Positions 47,727 through 57,753 of a DNA stretch of 64,000 nt are shown here, in pieces (the stretch's first letter is position 1; every line of letters starts with the position of its first letter). The DNA comes from an uncultured Gammaproteobacteria bacterium (GTDB lineage: Bacteria; Pseudomonadota; Gammaproteobacteria; UBA6002), in NCBI GenBank assembly GCA_963705725.1, contig CAVPKM010000018.1, positions 4,657-68,656 of the forward strand. The letters run 5' to 3'. The translations under genes were made by a program, and so were the position numbers. The notes under the pieces are model-generated. The model made no database searches. It had not been told where the DNA came from and saw nothing but the letters and a program-made list of their open reading frames with translations.

Positions 47727-48380
47727 TCATTGTAACTTTGCCAATACTTCAGGCGTGCTAACATTTACCCAAGTGCCTGTATAATGCTCACCCGTGGCAA
47801 GACCCTTCTCAATTGCTTTTACAAACAAGGGTGCGACACGAAAAAATCCTGGCTGGCAACTTTCAAAAAGCTTGGGATGATAAATACCAATACTGCCGAA
47901 TGTCAGCCTATTGTTATCGCTTAAAGATAATTTTTCACCAGTCAGCGCAAAATCTCCGTTAGGGTGTGCTTCAACATTATCGACTAATACCAAATGAATT
48001 AGTCCTGATAATGGCTTATTTTTTAACCTTGCAAAGGGATAATTTGTCCAAATATCACCACTAATGACCAGAAAAGGCCTCTCTCCTAACATGTGAAGCG
48101 CATTAAAAATTCCCCCACCCGTTTCTAGTCCACCTTCTTGCTCCTCTTTTGAATAGCGAATTTCTACTCCATAACGCTCTCCCTCGCCAAGCGCATGAAT
48201 AATTTTATCGGCTAAATAGGAGAGGTTAATTATTATTTCTTTAAACCCTGCCGCACTTAACCTAATAATCAAATGCTCAATGAGTGAAAAGCCCCCTACT
48301 TTAAGCAGCGGCTTGGGGGTTTCATTCGATAATGGCCGCATTCGATTGCCGCGGCCTGCAGCTAAAATCATGGCCTTCAT
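47727..48380 (-). CDS. Sugar-1-phosphate nucleotidyltransferase (MurU / mannose-1-P guanylyltransferase-like)
   Basis: N-terminal LAAGRGNRMRPLSNETPKPLL NTP-transferase motif. 217 aa. Confidence 0.7.
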   Translation of the reverse strand: MKAMILAAGRGNRMRPLSNETPKPLLKVGGFSLIEHLIIRLSAAGFKEIIINLSYLADKIIHALGEGERYGVEIRYSKEEQEGGLETGGGIFNALHMLGERPFLVISGDIWTNYPFARLKNKPLSGLIHLVLVDNVEAHPNGDFALTGEKLSLSDNNRLTFGSIGIYHPKLFESCQPGFFRVAPLFVKAIEKGLATGEHYTGTWVNVSTPEVLAKLQ

Positions 48381-48579
48381 GCATTACTCTCTTTTTCCTA
48401 AATTGTTGAAAGGATGAAAATTCGGGATATTTATTTAGCACATTCAAATACTGATCTATTAATGCCCACAACTTTACATGTCCTTGCAAGCCCATCCAAT
48501 CAAACTGAAGATGTTTTTATCACGAGCTGAACATATATGATACTCTCTGTCCAAAGTCCTCGATGCTAAATTTTTATAT

Positions 48580-48730
48580 TTTAGTATTGTCTATATTGAT
48601 TTGAATGCTGATGTTTCTAAAAAGGGCTTAGTCATGTAAGGAGAAGCACAATGCACTACTACATTTAGTTGGGGTATAAAAATCCTTAATAATTTCTCAT
48701 GAATTCGTCGAGTGTGTTGTTATTAATTTT
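48580..48730 (-). pseudogene. Short-chain dehydrogenase gene fragment (remnant), paralogous to the SDR pseudogene at 53050-53400
   Basis: About 75% nucleotide identity over 60 nt with 53135-53195. It encodes ...NVVVHCASPYMTKPFLET and then a stop. Confidence 0.4.
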
Positions 48731-48759
48731 AGTTCCCTCAATATGCTTGAATCGTAACA

Positions 48760-50076
48760 TTAGATTTTGCTTTCAGTAATGCTAATCATTTTTTCTAGTG
48801 CACGTCTTGCGTTTATCACAATCCATTGCTGTCCTTCTTCAGTCAACCGTTGCCTTGTGCCTTTGAATTCATGCACTATATCTCCAGGCCTAACAAGATT
48901 AAATAAAGGTGTTTTTCCCTTCCTTAACAAATCCAGAACAGCAACTAAATGAGGTGGGTCATTACGCGACATTGTTGCACAGCCACAGCCTCTCTTTTTA
49001 AATTGGTTTAATGGGATATCACTGAGATTAGCAACCTTAATTTTTTTACTTTCACAAACATCTCTCAAATTTGTTACCATGTGATTTTCGGTACCAACAG
49101 CGTACTTTCCAACTCCTGCACGATCGTTGAAAACCATGTCCCACAAATAAGCTGTGGAGCCATAACCATCAGCAATTTTAACAACCTCGTATCGACACTC
49201 AGGATGAACAACAACATGATAGCCTTGCTGTTGCCAATAAGTCACCATCTCGGGATGATAGTAACTATGCACACCGCATTCACTAGCAAATAAAATCAAC
49301 TGTGCTCTATCAAATCGTGAAAGAACTTCCTTGTTTTGTTCAGCCAACCGAAAATTAACAGCTTCTTGCCCTGAAGGCCAATATGCAATGTTATGTTTGG
49401 CTATACCTAGCCAAGCTGCTACATTTTCTCCCATATGGCGATCTGGAATAAATAATATTTTTTTATTTTCTTTAAGTGCCCATTGAAATATTTTTTTTAC
49501 ATTTGAACTGGTGCAGACGGCACCACCTTGTGCTCCAGTCATCGCTTTAATGCGTCCAGATGTGTTCATATAGCAAACAGGGAGAATGTTATTCACATCA
49601 TAACGTTCGTTTAACTGATCAAAAGCAGGTTGCACCATAAAATCCTTTGCCAGCATTTCCATGGTGCAACCTGATTTAGGATTGGTAATATAAACTGATT
49701 GATCATGGTTTGCCATGATACTAATTGACTCAGCCATAAAATGAACAGCAGATTCAACAATGACTTTTTTTTCAGGATGTTGAACGGCCATCAGCGCAAG
49801 TTGATAAGAATCACCAATCGTACCACCAAAATACTTTATCATTTTGACAATTTCCCCACCCATATAATAATGAGCGAGCAATAACAATGAATCACCAAAA
49901 TATTTGATAGAGGACTCTATGTACGGTTGCATCCACATCAGTGTAGTCAAAATATTACGGTCAGGTAATGATTGATATTCCTCTGCATAGGGCATAAATT
50001 CCTGCTGATACCAATCAAGAGGGTAATCATCTTGACAAACTTGCATATTTGATTTTAGGACAGTATGAGTTTTCAT
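48760..50076 (-). CDS. nadA: Quinolinate synthase (long form)
   Basis: Motifs align to NadA: LLLAHYYM, HFMAESISI, VCYMNTSGRIKA, IPDRHMG, VHPEC, GYGSTAYL, GCGCATM. Start taken as the internal MKTHTVLK. nadB and nadC lie downstream. Confidence 0.7.
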   Translation of the reverse strand: MKTHTVLKSNMQVCQDDYPLDWYQQEFMPYAEEYQSLPDRNILTTLMWMQPYIESSIKYFGDSLLLLAHYYMGGEIVKMIKYFGGTIGDSYQLALMAVQHPEKKVIVESAVHFMAESISIMANHDQSVYITNPKSGCTMEMLAKDFMVQPAFDQLNERYDVNNILPVCYMNTSGRIKAMTGAQGGAVCTSSNVKKIFQWALKENKKILFIPDRHMGENVAAWLGIAKHNIAYWPSGQEAVNFRLAEQNKEVLSRFDRAQLILFASECGVHSYYHPEMVTYWQQQGYHVVVHPECRYEVVKIADGYGSTAYLWDMVFNDRAGVGKYAVGTENHMVTNLRDVCESKKIKVANLSDIPLNQFKKRGCGCATMSRNDPPHLVAVLDLLRKGKTPLFNLVRPGDIVHEFKGTRQRLTEEGQQWIVINARRALEKMISITESKI

Positions 50077-50120
50077 AATCGACTCTTTTATATCTATAAA
50101 TTTTTGTGTTCGAAGATAGA

Positions 50121-50157
50121 AAAATATGAACGTTTCAATCCTGTGCTGAATAGTTAC
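50121..50157. repeat. Dispersed intergenic repeat copy (AAAATATGAACGTTTCAATCCTGTGCTGAATAGTTAC) between nadB and nadA
   Basis: Near-identical to the reverse complement of 4763-4792 (1 mismatch in 30) and to the 3' part of 4875-4915. Confidence 0.75.
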
Positions 50158-50307
50158 GTGATTTATTAATAAAATCCTCTCGATAATGACCGCCACGACT
50201 TTCACGGCGATTAATTGCAGAACGAACAATCAATTCAGCAATTAAGATAATATTTCTGAGCTCTATGAGATCCTTTGTGATGCTATATTTCCAATAATAA
50301 GCTTCTA

Positions 50308-51759
50308 TCATTTTTTTCGCGCCAGTACTAAGTTGAGTTGATCTCGTAAGCCGGCTTCTGTGCGTATAATGCCAGCGTAAGAACTCATCTCACCACGTAA
50401 CCCGCGCCAATGTACATTGATCTGGCTTGCACGTCGTAAATCGACAGTACTGGTAGAATCCCAATCCTTGACAGGCTGAAATAAACTAAGCGGTGTCTCT
50501 AATGCTGTACAACTAATTGCAGCAACATGACGTCCCATAACAATGCCCTCTAATAATGAATTACTAGCCAAACGATTCGCACCATGTAACCCGGTAAAAG
50601 CCGTTTCACCAATAGCATAAAGCCTTTTTAAATCTGTATTTCCATGAATGTTTGTTAGAATGCCGCCGTTCATATAATGAGCAGCCGGTACAACAGGAAT
50701 TAAATCTCGGCTTAAATCTAAATCAATATCAAGCAGCTTACGATAAATCATTGGAAAGCGTTGCTGTAAAAAAACTTTATCTTTATGACGGATATCTAAA
50801 TGAACATAGTCATAGCTGCTTTGTTCGATTTCACAAAAAATAGCACGTGCAACCACATCACGAGTAGCTAATTCCATTTTGTCAGGAGCGTAATGTTGCA
50901 TGAAGCGCTCACCTGTGGCTGGCAATCTTAAATAAGCTCCTTCGCCTCGTAATGCTTCAGAAAGAAGGAAGTTATTAAGTTTTGAAGAATATAATAATGT
51001 CGGATGAAATTGATAAAACTCTAATCCGTCAACTCGAGCACCTGCACGATATGCCATTGCCACTCCATCACCGGTGGCAACATTGAGATTTGAAGTATAT
51101 CGATATACTTTCCCTGCACCACCTGTCGCCAGAACAACCGCATTGGCAAGAAATGTATGTATCAGTCCAGTTTTAACTTCGAGCGCATATAGACCCACTA
51201 CTTCAGGAAAGCAAGCTGGCTGATGAGGTACCACCTGCGTAATTAGATTCACCGCGACATGTTCTTCAAATATAGTTATTTGTTGAAAATACTTTAGGCG
51301 CGCAATCAATGATTCAACAATTTCTTCACCTGTCCTATCCCCTACGTGATAAATACGTCGTTTCGAATGACCAGCTTCTTGACCACGAGCTAAGTTATTA
51401 TCAATATCACGATTAAAATTAACGCCTTGATTAAGCAGATATTGAATACTCTCAGGGCCCTGGTTCAAGATAGCTACGACAGCTTCCTCATTACATATAC
51501 CATCGCCTGATGATAGTGTGTCTGCTATATGCTGAACGATATCCTCCTTGCTTTCAGCAGCGGCAACGCCACCTTGCGCATAATAAGTATTGGATTCCTT
51601 GAGCTTACCTTTGCACACCAACGCAATTTTTAGACGAGGCTGTAACTTCAATAATTCTAATAAACAACATAAGCTTGCAATTCCACTTCCAACCATAATG
51701 AGATCAAATTGAAATCGGTGACCACGCTGAGAAATCGTTTTTTGCATGTTAAATATCAC
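50308..51759 (-). CDS. nadB: L-aspartate oxidase
   Basis: N-terminal FAD GxGxxG (VGSGIASL). Succinate DH / fumarate reductase flavoprotein fold motifs. Confidence 0.9.
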   Translation of the reverse strand: MIFNMQKTISQRGHRFQFDLIMVGSGIASLCCLLELLKLQPRLKIALVCKGKLKESNTYYAQGGVAAAESKEDIVQHIADTLSSGDGICNEEAVVAILNQGPESIQYLLNQGVNFNRDIDNNLARGQEAGHSKRRIYHVGDRTGEEIVESLIARLKYFQQITIFEEHVAVNLITQVVPHQPACFPEVVGLYALEVKTGLIHTFLANAVVLATGGAGKVYRYTSNLNVATGDGVAMAYRAGARVDGLEFYQFHPTLLYSSKLNNFLLSEALRGEGAYLRLPATGERFMQHYAPDKMELATRDVVARAIFCEIEQSSYDYVHLDIRHKDKVFLQQRFPMIYRKLLDIDLDLSRDLIPVVPAAHYMNGGILTNIHGNTDLKRLYAIGETAFTGLHGANRLASNSLLEGIVMGRHVAAISCTALETPLSLFQPVKDWDSTSTVDLRRASQINVHWRGLRGEMSSYAGIIRTEAGLRDQLNLVLARKK

Positions 51760-52633
51760 ACCTCATCGACAGATCGATATTTTCTGCTGAGTGAGTCAAC
51801 CCACCAACAGAAATAAAGTCAACTCCTGTTTCTGCAATGTCAACGACATTATCAAGACTTATATTTCCTGATGCTTCAGTAGGAATGATACCTTGGCACA
51901 TAGCCACACACTTTCCCATTAGGGGAAGCGTCATATTGTCTAATAGAACCCGGGTTACGATTTTTAAACCTTGTTTAATCACGATAGCCAATTCCTCTTG
52001 GCTACGCACTTCTACAATGACTGGAATTGGTGATGTGACATTTTTCATAAGCACATCCAAGGTTTTTTTCACACCACCTAATAAATCAATATGCGTATCT
52101 TTCACCATAACAGCATCATACAAACCCATACGATGATTAATGCCTCCTCCACAAAGGACTGCATATTTTTCTAGATGACGAAACCCAGGAAGTGTTTTGC
52201 GAGTATCCAAAATCTTTGTTTTTGTATGTTTCACTTTGGTAACGAACTGATTCGTAAGCGTTGCAATAGAAGAAAGGCGTTGAAGAAAATTAAGTAAAAG
52301 CCGTTCTGCAGCAAGTAATACTTGAGCAGGTCCTTTAACAGTCAAGACAACAGTAGCAGGAGGAATAGAATCTCCATCAAAATAGGCAGAGTGCACATCA
52401 CAGTGCACACTCAATTTTTGAAGTACTGCTCTAACAATAGGTAGACCGCAAATAATAACATCCCGTGGATGCTTTGATATGATTTTTGCACTCGCAATCT
52501 TATTATTATTTTCAGGGAATAACGCCATGGTAGTGACATCTTTATATGGCAACCCTAAATCTTCAGCAAGGGCAATGTCTATCAATCGTAAATCTAATTG
52601 ATTCAATTTTAAGGGTAATATTGTTGAAACCAT
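51749..52633 (-). CDS. nadC: Nicotinate-nucleotide pyrophosphorylase (carboxylating), quinolinate phosphoribosyltransferase
   Basis: QPRTase N and C domains. Overlaps the nadB start (operon). Confidence 0.85.
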   Translation of the reverse strand: MVSTILPLKLNQLDLRLIDIALAEDLGLPYKDVTTMALFPENNNKIASAKIISKHPRDVIICGLPIVRAVLQKLSVHCDVHSAYFDGDSIPPATVVLTVKGPAQVLLAAERLLLNFLQRLSSIATLTNQFVTKVKHTKTKILDTRKTLPGFRHLEKYAVLCGGGINHRMGLYDAVMVKDTHIDLLGGVKKTLDVLMKNVTSPIPVIVEVRSQEELAIVIKQGLKIVTRVLLDNMTLPLMGKCVAMCQGIIPTEASGNISLDNVVDIAETGVDFISVGGLTHSAENIDLSMRCDI

Positions 52634-53049
52634 AAAAAAATCCGATGTTCAAATGATAAAGAAAATTATACAACAAAATATTTTTGATGGAAATCAAATA
52701 AGGGTGAGGTTAAGTCAGTATGACAAACTATTCAAACCCTGCAAGGAATTTAAACTCGCAACTACTCAACACAGGATTAAAACATTTTTCTCTTTGGTGC
52801 AAATTTTTATGCCAAAACATTGCTACATAAGGTCCAAGAACAGATACATATGGAATCTTTGCCATTCGCATAAAAGTTTCTAGTTTCATGCAAAATGGAC
52901 TAGGGCTTGGCAGATTCCAAACCCGGTTGATATAGTTTTACAGTCAGATTTTTCATCAATCTACAAACTTGCAATTTAAGTATGAGAGGATGGAAACTCG
53001 ATAATCTCATTAGAATTTATATTGTATGTACCTATATTTTCTTTAGACA

Positions 53050-53398
53050 CTATTTTTTTATTGCTTGCTGAGCAAAATATTGATCACTTAGCATACAAGA
53101 AGTATATTCTTGCATTTCCTCAAAAGTCGTTTCTAAAAATGGTTTAGTCATATAAGGTGATGCACAATGTATCACTACCTCAAGGTGTGGTATTTCATTG
53201 AATATAGTAGATACCGATTCTTTCGTGTTATTCATTAAATCAAATTGAAAATTACGTTGAGTGTGAATTCTCTTTAATTTTAATACCGCTTGAAGATTAT
53301 GGAGATCTAGCAGCAGCATAAAGCTTTGCATTTCTTTCTTGAGCAACCCTCGGTAAAATTTCTCAACCTAATCCTCGATTAGCTCCGGTGACCAGCAT
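53050..53398 (-). pseudogene. Short-chain dehydrogenase pseudogene (N-terminal about 115 codons, disrupted by a stop and frameshifts)
   Basis: MLVTGANRGLG is followed by a stop. In a second frame: EILPRVAQERNAKLYAAARSP, then a stop. In a third frame: LDLHNLQAV...LEVVIHCASPYMTKPF. It is truncated before the catalytic S/YxxxK. Confidence 0.55.
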
Positions 53399-53448
53399 AT
53401 AAAACTCTGATGCTTTATATAGTATAATTTTTCCTCTAAAAAAAAATC

Positions 53449-53489
53449 TGAACGTTTAGCGACTTCTAGCGTTTCTGCTGAATAATTAC
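53449..53489. repeat. Dispersed intergenic repeat copy (TGAACGTTTAGCGACTTCTAGCGTTTCTGCTGAATAATTAC)
   Basis: Same architecture as 4875-4915 (TGAGCGTTT-GAGCCCCTT-TAGCGTTTGTGCTGAACAGTTAC). Confidence 0.7.
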
Positions 53490-54028
53490 AATAAAATTTA
53501 AGTAATTATTTTCAGGTATAGTTATTAGAAAAGCGGATACCATGATCTGTTCATATACTAATATCAGCTGGCACAGTTATTAAATAACAAATAATGTCGT
53601 TAAATCTGGCATTAGCTTTCTCATCGTTATCAGCTTCTTCAATTAAAGTAGAAAATAATTCATAGTAATTCTTTGCCAGTTTATTATCTATACACTGAAA
53701 ATAAAAAAATATTATTCAAGCAACTAAGCACAATGTTAATTCTGTAATTGACACGAATAAAATCTATAATAGGCCAGTCACTTTAATTGGCATAGTTTCG
53801 GTGGTGTTGTGATCAGTCAAGTAGCCGAACGAATACCTGAGCGGATTAAAGAATTAATTTACATGTGTGCTTTTATCCTTCCCAACGATTATACCATAGG
53901 CCACATCATTCAAGATGTCGGGGTTTATTTCATCGCTTTGCAATGAATTCATCTTTGATATGTGCACTGATGTAAAACCGTTCAACTCAAATAACGTAAT
54001 GATTGACTCATTTTTGATAAAAAATTTA

Positions 54029-54325
54029 CTACATTTGATTTTCTACGCTTTTAATTCTGTCTTTCATGCTTTCAGTTTTATCGGTACGACTATTTATCTT
54101 AATATTAGTCACCAAACGTGGAGCACCTAGCTTGTGTACTGCTTCAATACAAGATTTTATTGCATCAAGAACCTCATTGTAATCGCCTTCTATATTGGTT
54201 CCTTCCGCATGTAATTGAATAACTAACCCTTTATTTTTTAGAATACGTTCACATTCCGCGATGTATTTTGAAAAAGACACCCCTACACCTATAGGGATAA
54301 TTGATAATTCAACGATGATTTTCAT
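54029..54325 (-). CDS. MTH1187/YkoF-family (UPF0045) thiamine-binding-like protein
   Basis: MKIIVELSIIPIGVG...LHAEGTNIEGDYNEVLDAIKSCIEAV...GAPRLVTNIKINSRTD matches the family profile. Confidence 0.65.
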   Translation of the reverse strand: MKIIVELSIIPIGVGVSFSKYIAECERILKNKGLVIQLHAEGTNIEGDYNEVLDAIKSCIEAVHKLGAPRLVTNIKINSRTDKTESMKDRIKSVENQM

Positions 54326-54405
54326 ATAAAAATTCTCCAATTAATTAAATTTCTATCAACCTTTCACACAAGCTAACGCTTTTAAAAAAGTAACACGGCG
54401 GGTAA

Positions 54406-54804
54406 TCACACTAATTCACTTAATTCGTCCCTAACCGCATCCAAACCAGATTGAGCACATAACTCATCCAATTCAGGTGTTGCCCCACTAATCCCTATGC
54501 TACCTATGTGTTGACCATCTTGAGTGATAATGGGTAAACCACCACCGAGTAGCAGAATATCAGGTATTGCACTGTAAGGATTGGCAGCCATTTTTGAGCT
54601 TCGCTCTGCTAACGTTTTTGATGATAGTGGCATACTTGCAGAAGTCTTTGCTTTAAGTTGAGAAATCCTAATACTTCCATAACTAGTGTTATCCATGCGC
54701 TGAAAATATTTAAGATTGCCGCCATTGTCATAAATACTAATAACGATATTGATCTTGTTTTCGATAGCTTTTTTTTCTGTTGCTAGCGCTATTTTTTTTG
54801 CCAT
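54406..54804 (-). CDS. GlcG/HbpS-like (DUF336) protein, possibly N-terminally truncated
   Basis: LTLDMAKKIALATEKKA...NIVISIYDNGGNL...RISQLKAKTSA...LLLGGGLPI...IGSIGISG. The frame is open upstream with no ATG start. Confidence 0.55.
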   Translation of the reverse strand: MAKKIALATEKKAIENKINIVISIYDNGGNLKYFQRMDNTSYGSIRISQLKAKTSASMPLSSKTLAERSSKMAANPYSAIPDILLLGGGLPIITQDGQHIGSIGISGATPELDELCAQSGLDAVRDELSELV

Positions 54805-55106
54805 ATCCAGCGTTAGTGTTTTTTTAAAATTGTCATAACCCCCCTGATTTTAACTCACCTAGTATTCGCCCTGCCCTACACAATGACTTTCCAGTCATTA
54901 ATATCATTAACCTATATCATATCAGAAAGCCCCCAATAACATCATTTTGAGATAATTTTCATTGAATATCTCAAAGCAAAGTAGATATGTCACCATCCTA
55001 AGATACTTTGTTACCTCAAGCAGTTATCCCTAGGTCCCTTGAGGTTTCAGGAACAAAAATCGAGAAGTAAAAAGGTTATAAAGCTTTCTTAAAGTGCATA
55101 TGCGAT

Positions 55107-55199
55107 ATGAATATGATATTGAACAAAGATATATTAGTTGCTGGATTACGTTCTCGTGATGGAGCATCATATCAAATACTGCAGAATATCCCGAACTGA
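55107..55199 (+). pseudogene. ECF sigma-factor region-2 remnant
   Basis: A 31-codon fragment (MNMILNKDILVAGLRSRDGASYQILQNIPN) matches the DxxLVxxxxxGDxxAYxxLxxxY region-2 signature and is followed by a stop. Confidence 0.25.
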
Positions 55200-55495
55200 A
55201 AAATAAAATTGGTTATCTCTGTGACTCTTTTTATAGAATATGAATCGGTTTTAGAGCGACCCAGCTTTTTTTCAGACTCACAGAAAAGATGTCGATGCGA
55301 TTTTAAATATGCTGGGTTCAAAAGCGATTAGAACCCCCATTCAGCAAAGGGTTGAAACGTCCATATATTGCCGTCGGACTGTTTTTAGGTTAAAAGTTTA
55401 GTTGTAAAATATATTTTTTTCTTGGATATTTTAATATCTTTACGATATTATGATAATATTTAACGCGGAAAGTATCTAGATTAAAAAAAGCAGGC

Positions 55496-55972
55496 TTGTT
55501 AAGCAAGGAGACTATTGCAATTATTACTCGTGCTGCCCTGCTAACCTCAGCCGTTACGTTGCCTTTATTTACTGAAAGCTTGATCACGATAAATCAGCGT
55601 CTTACTGTGAGTAAGTTAATGATAGAGTATCTATTATCTAATGTGAATCTATCCACTTTAGTGACAAAATCTCTTCTTCGACTTAACCAGTTTTCGATTT
55701 GCACTGATCAGAATATTGAAATTTTGTTAAATCAACAGACTCACCCTCAAGAATTGACTAATTGTTTTGAAAAAATTATTAGCGATCATCTCGAAGAAGC
55801 TAGGTTGTATAATGATATGCAAATCAATTCTCTTGCACCAAAAGACGCCTGGACAACGATTTTTAGTTTTTTTGATAATAATGAGAAATTAAATTTAAAA
55901 AAGGTATCAACCCTGTTTGAACAAATTGCCAATGAACCTGATCATGGAAACAGCACTCAGAATAGAACTTAG
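55496..55972 (+). CDS. Hypothetical protein with a possible F-box-like motif (eukaryotic-like)
   Basis: LAPKDAWTTIFSFFDNNEKLNLKKVSTLFEQI resembles the F-box consensus LPxEiLxxIfsyLdxxdLxxlxxVcKxW. Confidence 0.3.
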   Translation: MLSKETIAIITRAALLTSAVTLPLFTESLITINQRLTVSKLMIEYLLSNVNLSTLVTKSLLRLNQFSICTDQNIEILLNQQTHPQELTNCFEKIISDHLEEARLYNDMQINSLAPKDAWTTIFSFFDNNEKLNLKKVSTLFEQIANEPDHGNSTQNRT

Positions 55973-56209
55973 GATCATGCACAAAATAAATATGGATTTT
56001 TAGGCTAGGAGATTTTTAATATTATCCAAATTTCAACAGAAAACTTAGAACTAAAATTTCTATAGAAGAATAATGAGCGTATAATATTTCAGTCCATTAT
56101 GAGAAATATGGCACTGGGCAAACAATGCGATCCCCTTCTCATAAAAAGTTTGCGCTCTTAGCGGTTCGAGTAATTTAAAACTCATGCTAAGAAAAATCAC
56201 AGGTGAAGA

Positions 56210-56617
56210 TCAGTGACTGTTGATTCTAGGAACATTAACCACACGTTCTAATGTACCTTTCTCAAGCGAGGATTGTTTTTTATTGAAGCCGGAATAGACA
56301 AATTTTAAATGCTCATGATCGACAATCAAGGTGTTAACTGAATGATCTTTTCCATACCATTGCAGGATTTCAATGGCATTTGCAATATTTACATGCTTAA
56401 CTTTATTTTTTTCTTGTTTGTTATTTTCGTTACTTGATAATTTTTTCCAATAGATCGTATCACGCCCTAATATAAGGTCATAACTGATTTTTCCATGATT
56501 GTAAATTGCCTTGTAATGTAGAGCTGTCATGGTCGTACCTGCTTGCGCTGCTGTGATCATACTGATGAAAAATAAGGTAAGTAAAAAGCGTTTTATTTTC
56601 CTGCAATCTCTTCTCAT
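56210..56617 (-). CDS. Hypothetical secreted protein (signal peptide)
   Basis: N-terminal basic region plus hydrophobic core plus AQA cleavage-like site. No recognisable domain. Confidence 0.35.
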   Translation of the reverse strand: MRRDCRKIKRFLLTLFFISMITAAQAGTTMTALHYKAIYNHGKISYDLILGRDTIYWKKLSSNENNKQEKNKVKHVNIANAIEILQWYGKDHSVNTLIVDHEHLKFVYSGFNKKQSSLEKGTLERVVNVPRINSH

Positions 56618-56675
56618 TTGATTTTATCCTCTCATATTATCAATTGCTTCTAACCCGATTGGTTTATCCCCTCCC

Positions 56676-56864
56676 TCAGGGCCTTGCACTTGCGCCTAGC
56701 CTGACCGAATAGATCGTACTCCACTTGGGGATATAAAAATTCTTCTTTACGCATTTCATTCTAGCGCGTACCTGGCCATGAGCAGGACTTTCAATCACAT
56801 ACGCTAATACTGCCTCCTCTGCCCCTTCAGCAAATCGGTAAAACGTAGCTCTTGAAAAGCCCAT
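56676..56864 (-). mobile_element. IS481-family transposase N-terminal remnant (internally deleted HTH region)
   Basis: GFSRATFYRF...EEAVLAYVIESPAHGQVRA parallels the IS481 motif SRATFYRW...EAAVLALRRAHPAWGPRKI. The segment is locally GC-rich relative to the surrounding AT-rich DNA. Confidence 0.45.
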
Positions 56865-56881
56865 TACTTTACAGGCTGTTA

Positions 56882-57619
56882 TTATAAATTATTGAAATTT
56901 AAATTTAAGTCTGTTTTGTCAATGTAATCTATCTGTTGATCTTTTTCATATGTTGAATTATTGACCTCGAGAGCTATATCAATTGCATCCATAATTTCTT
57001 TGTAAACACCTTCAGTTTCAGAATATCGGGTGAATGCTCCCCACAAAACGTAAGCGCCAGTCATGATTTTCAAGTAACGGCATGGTTGATCATCTGCGCT
57101 AAGGTTAGTAATAACAGTTTTAAGTTCAGACGCTTGATCTTTATTCAAATAAATGAGGGAGCACATAATTAATTTCTTTGCCAACATTTTCTTTGTTGTA
57201 TTGGTAAATAAAAAATTACACCCTATTTTTATCAATTCATTTTTCAACCAATCGATAGATGTATTTTTCAAATCGATAAGATCATATTTATTAATACAAT
57301 CATCAATATTAGTTACCACAAAAGAACCTAAACTAGAATGAGATACTACACTCAAATCCATAGATTTCATAAACTGAGATATCTCTAGATGTAGAATATC
57401 AATCATAGCTATATTTTTTGTTGTGTTATTTAATGAAACTCCACAAAAGAATTTTCCATCAAAAAAAGTCTCTAACTCAATTGCTATAACAGGACATAGC
57501 CCCTGAGCCAGATAAAGATTGCTACTATTTTTGACTACCTCTGATGAATATATCTCTAAAAGAGTAGTTTTTTTATCCATAGCCTCTAAGCGGGTAAATT
57601 TTTCATGCATTGTTATCAA
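56882..57619 (-). CDS. Hypothetical protein (245 aa), no recognisable domain
   Basis: Long ORF with a clear upstream region. N/K/I-rich composition typical of an accessory or effector gene. Confidence 0.35.
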   Translation of the reverse strand: MITMHEKFTRLEAMDKKTTLLEIYSSEVVKNSSNLYLAQGLCPVIAIELETFFDGKFFCGVSLNNTTKNIAMIDILHLEISQFMKSMDLSVVSHSSLGSFVVTNIDDCINKYDLIDLKNTSIDWLKNELIKIGCNFLFTNTTKKMLAKKLIMCSLIYLNKDQASELKTVITNLSADDQPCRYLKIMTGAYVLWGAFTRYSETEGVYKEIMDAIDIALEVNNSTYEKDQQIDYIDKTDLNLNFNNL

Positions 57620-57723
57620 CCTTACTTCAGTTTTATATCTTAGTGAAAAGAAAATTTATAAATAATAGAATTGCATAATAATAAAAAAAACACTTTAATA
57701 AAATAGCCAATTTTGATAGATTA

Positions 57724-57743
57724 TTGTTTCATATATGAAACAA
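57724..57743. promoter_or_regulatory. Perfect 20 bp palindrome TTGTTTCATATATGAAACAA (LysR T-N11-A box), 10 bp upstream of the LysR gene start
   Basis: Read directly from the sequence. It sits in the divergent intergenic region between 56882-57619(-) and 57754(+). Confidence 0.6.
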
Positions 57744-57753
57744 TGGAACTAAT

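Noticed and set aside
47582-47764. 60-aa minus-strand ORF overlapping tRNA-Arg
   Set aside because: It lies directly antisense to a well-formed tRNA cloverleaf. It has no RBS or domain support, so it is treated as spurious.
47689-52633. Possibility that tRNA-Arg marks an integrated island carrying murU-like and nadABC
   Set aside because: There is no integrase, no direct repeat of the tRNA 3' end, and no compositional break directly after the tRNA. The AT-rich decayed segment begins only after nadC, so these genes are treated as backbone.
52653-52883. 76-aa plus-strand ORF after nadC
   Set aside because: No RBS and no recognisable motif, and it lies in an AT-rich non-coding stretch. Likely a chance ORF.
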